Virus record (IMG/VR): IMGVR_UViG_2778261154_000009
Span: 1 to 7,277 of that record
Direction: 5' to 3' (one strand)
DNA length: 7,277 nt
Origin: a virus
Lineage: Duplodnaviria; Heunggongvirae; Uroviricota; Caudoviricetes
Shown here: positions 7,123-7,277 of the stretch, piece by piece
Layout of the letters: every line of letters starts with the position of its first letter
Numbering within the stretch: the first letter of the stretch is position 1
The notes under the pieces: generated by a model
What the model saw: only the letters and a program-made list of their open reading frames with translations
The model's database searches: none
What the model was told of the DNA's origin: nothing
Made by a program: the position numbers and the translations under genes

Positions 7123-7148
7123 TACCCGCAGAAATCATTCTGCGGGTA
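7123..7148 (+). terminator. Hairpin terminator downstream of astE
   Basis: Perfect 11-bp stem TACCCGCAGAA / TTCTGCGGGTA with 4-nt loop ATCA, 5 nt after the astE stop, followed by a moderately T-rich tract (TTAAGTTGCTTTCTT). Confidence 0.55.
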
Positions 7149-7188
7149 TTAAGTTGCTTTCTTATAAATTAATACAGATTAATCCTGG

Positions 7189-7277
7189 GGTGATGCTGCC
7201 AACTTACTGATTTAGTGTATGATGGTGTTTTTGAGGTGCTCCAGTGGCTTCTGTTTCTATCAGCTGTCCCTCCTGTT
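7189..7277 (+). mobile_element. IS1 left end (terminal inverted repeat plus start of insA), element continues beyond the window
   Basis: GGTGATGCTGCCAACTTACTGAT terminal repeat at 7189-7211, followed by sequence matching the IS1 5' region as I recall it. Confidence 0.9.
7244..7277 (+). CDS. insA: IS1 InsA, 5' partial (first 11 codons, GTG start)
   Basis: GTG GCT TCT GTT TCT ATC AGC TGT CCC TCC TGT encodes MASVSISCPSC, the InsA N-terminus. Confidence 0.8.
   Translation, partial: MASVSISCPSC

Overview
This 7.3 kb window is a mosaic chromosomal segment of the E. coli/Shigella type, dominated by the left arm of a Mu-like transposable prophage. From the sequence alone I read four parts. (1) Positions 1 to about 161 are the 3' end of an IS3-family insertion sequence, with the transposase OrfB C-terminus ending at 118. 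(2) Positions about 162 to 6497 are the prophage left arm: the early operon runs on the minus strand (ner, transposase A, ATPase B, a Kil-position small gene, three uncharacterised small ORFs, gam), the repressor gene is divergent on the plus strand, and a repeat-bearing attL end follows. (3) The prophage/host junction at about 6497-6500 lies inside astE, leaving an in-frame 3' astE remnant (6501-7118) and its terminator hairpin. (4) The left end of IS1 starts at 7189 and runs off the window. No tRNA, rRNA or CRISPR array is present. I did not find a clearly novel system. The best candidates for undescribed biology are the three small early ORFs between kil and gam, and a repressor that pairs an XRE-type HTH N-terminus with a Mu-repressor-like C-terminus. 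All protein identifications rest on motif reading and recalled family features, not on database searches, and exact element boundaries are approximate.
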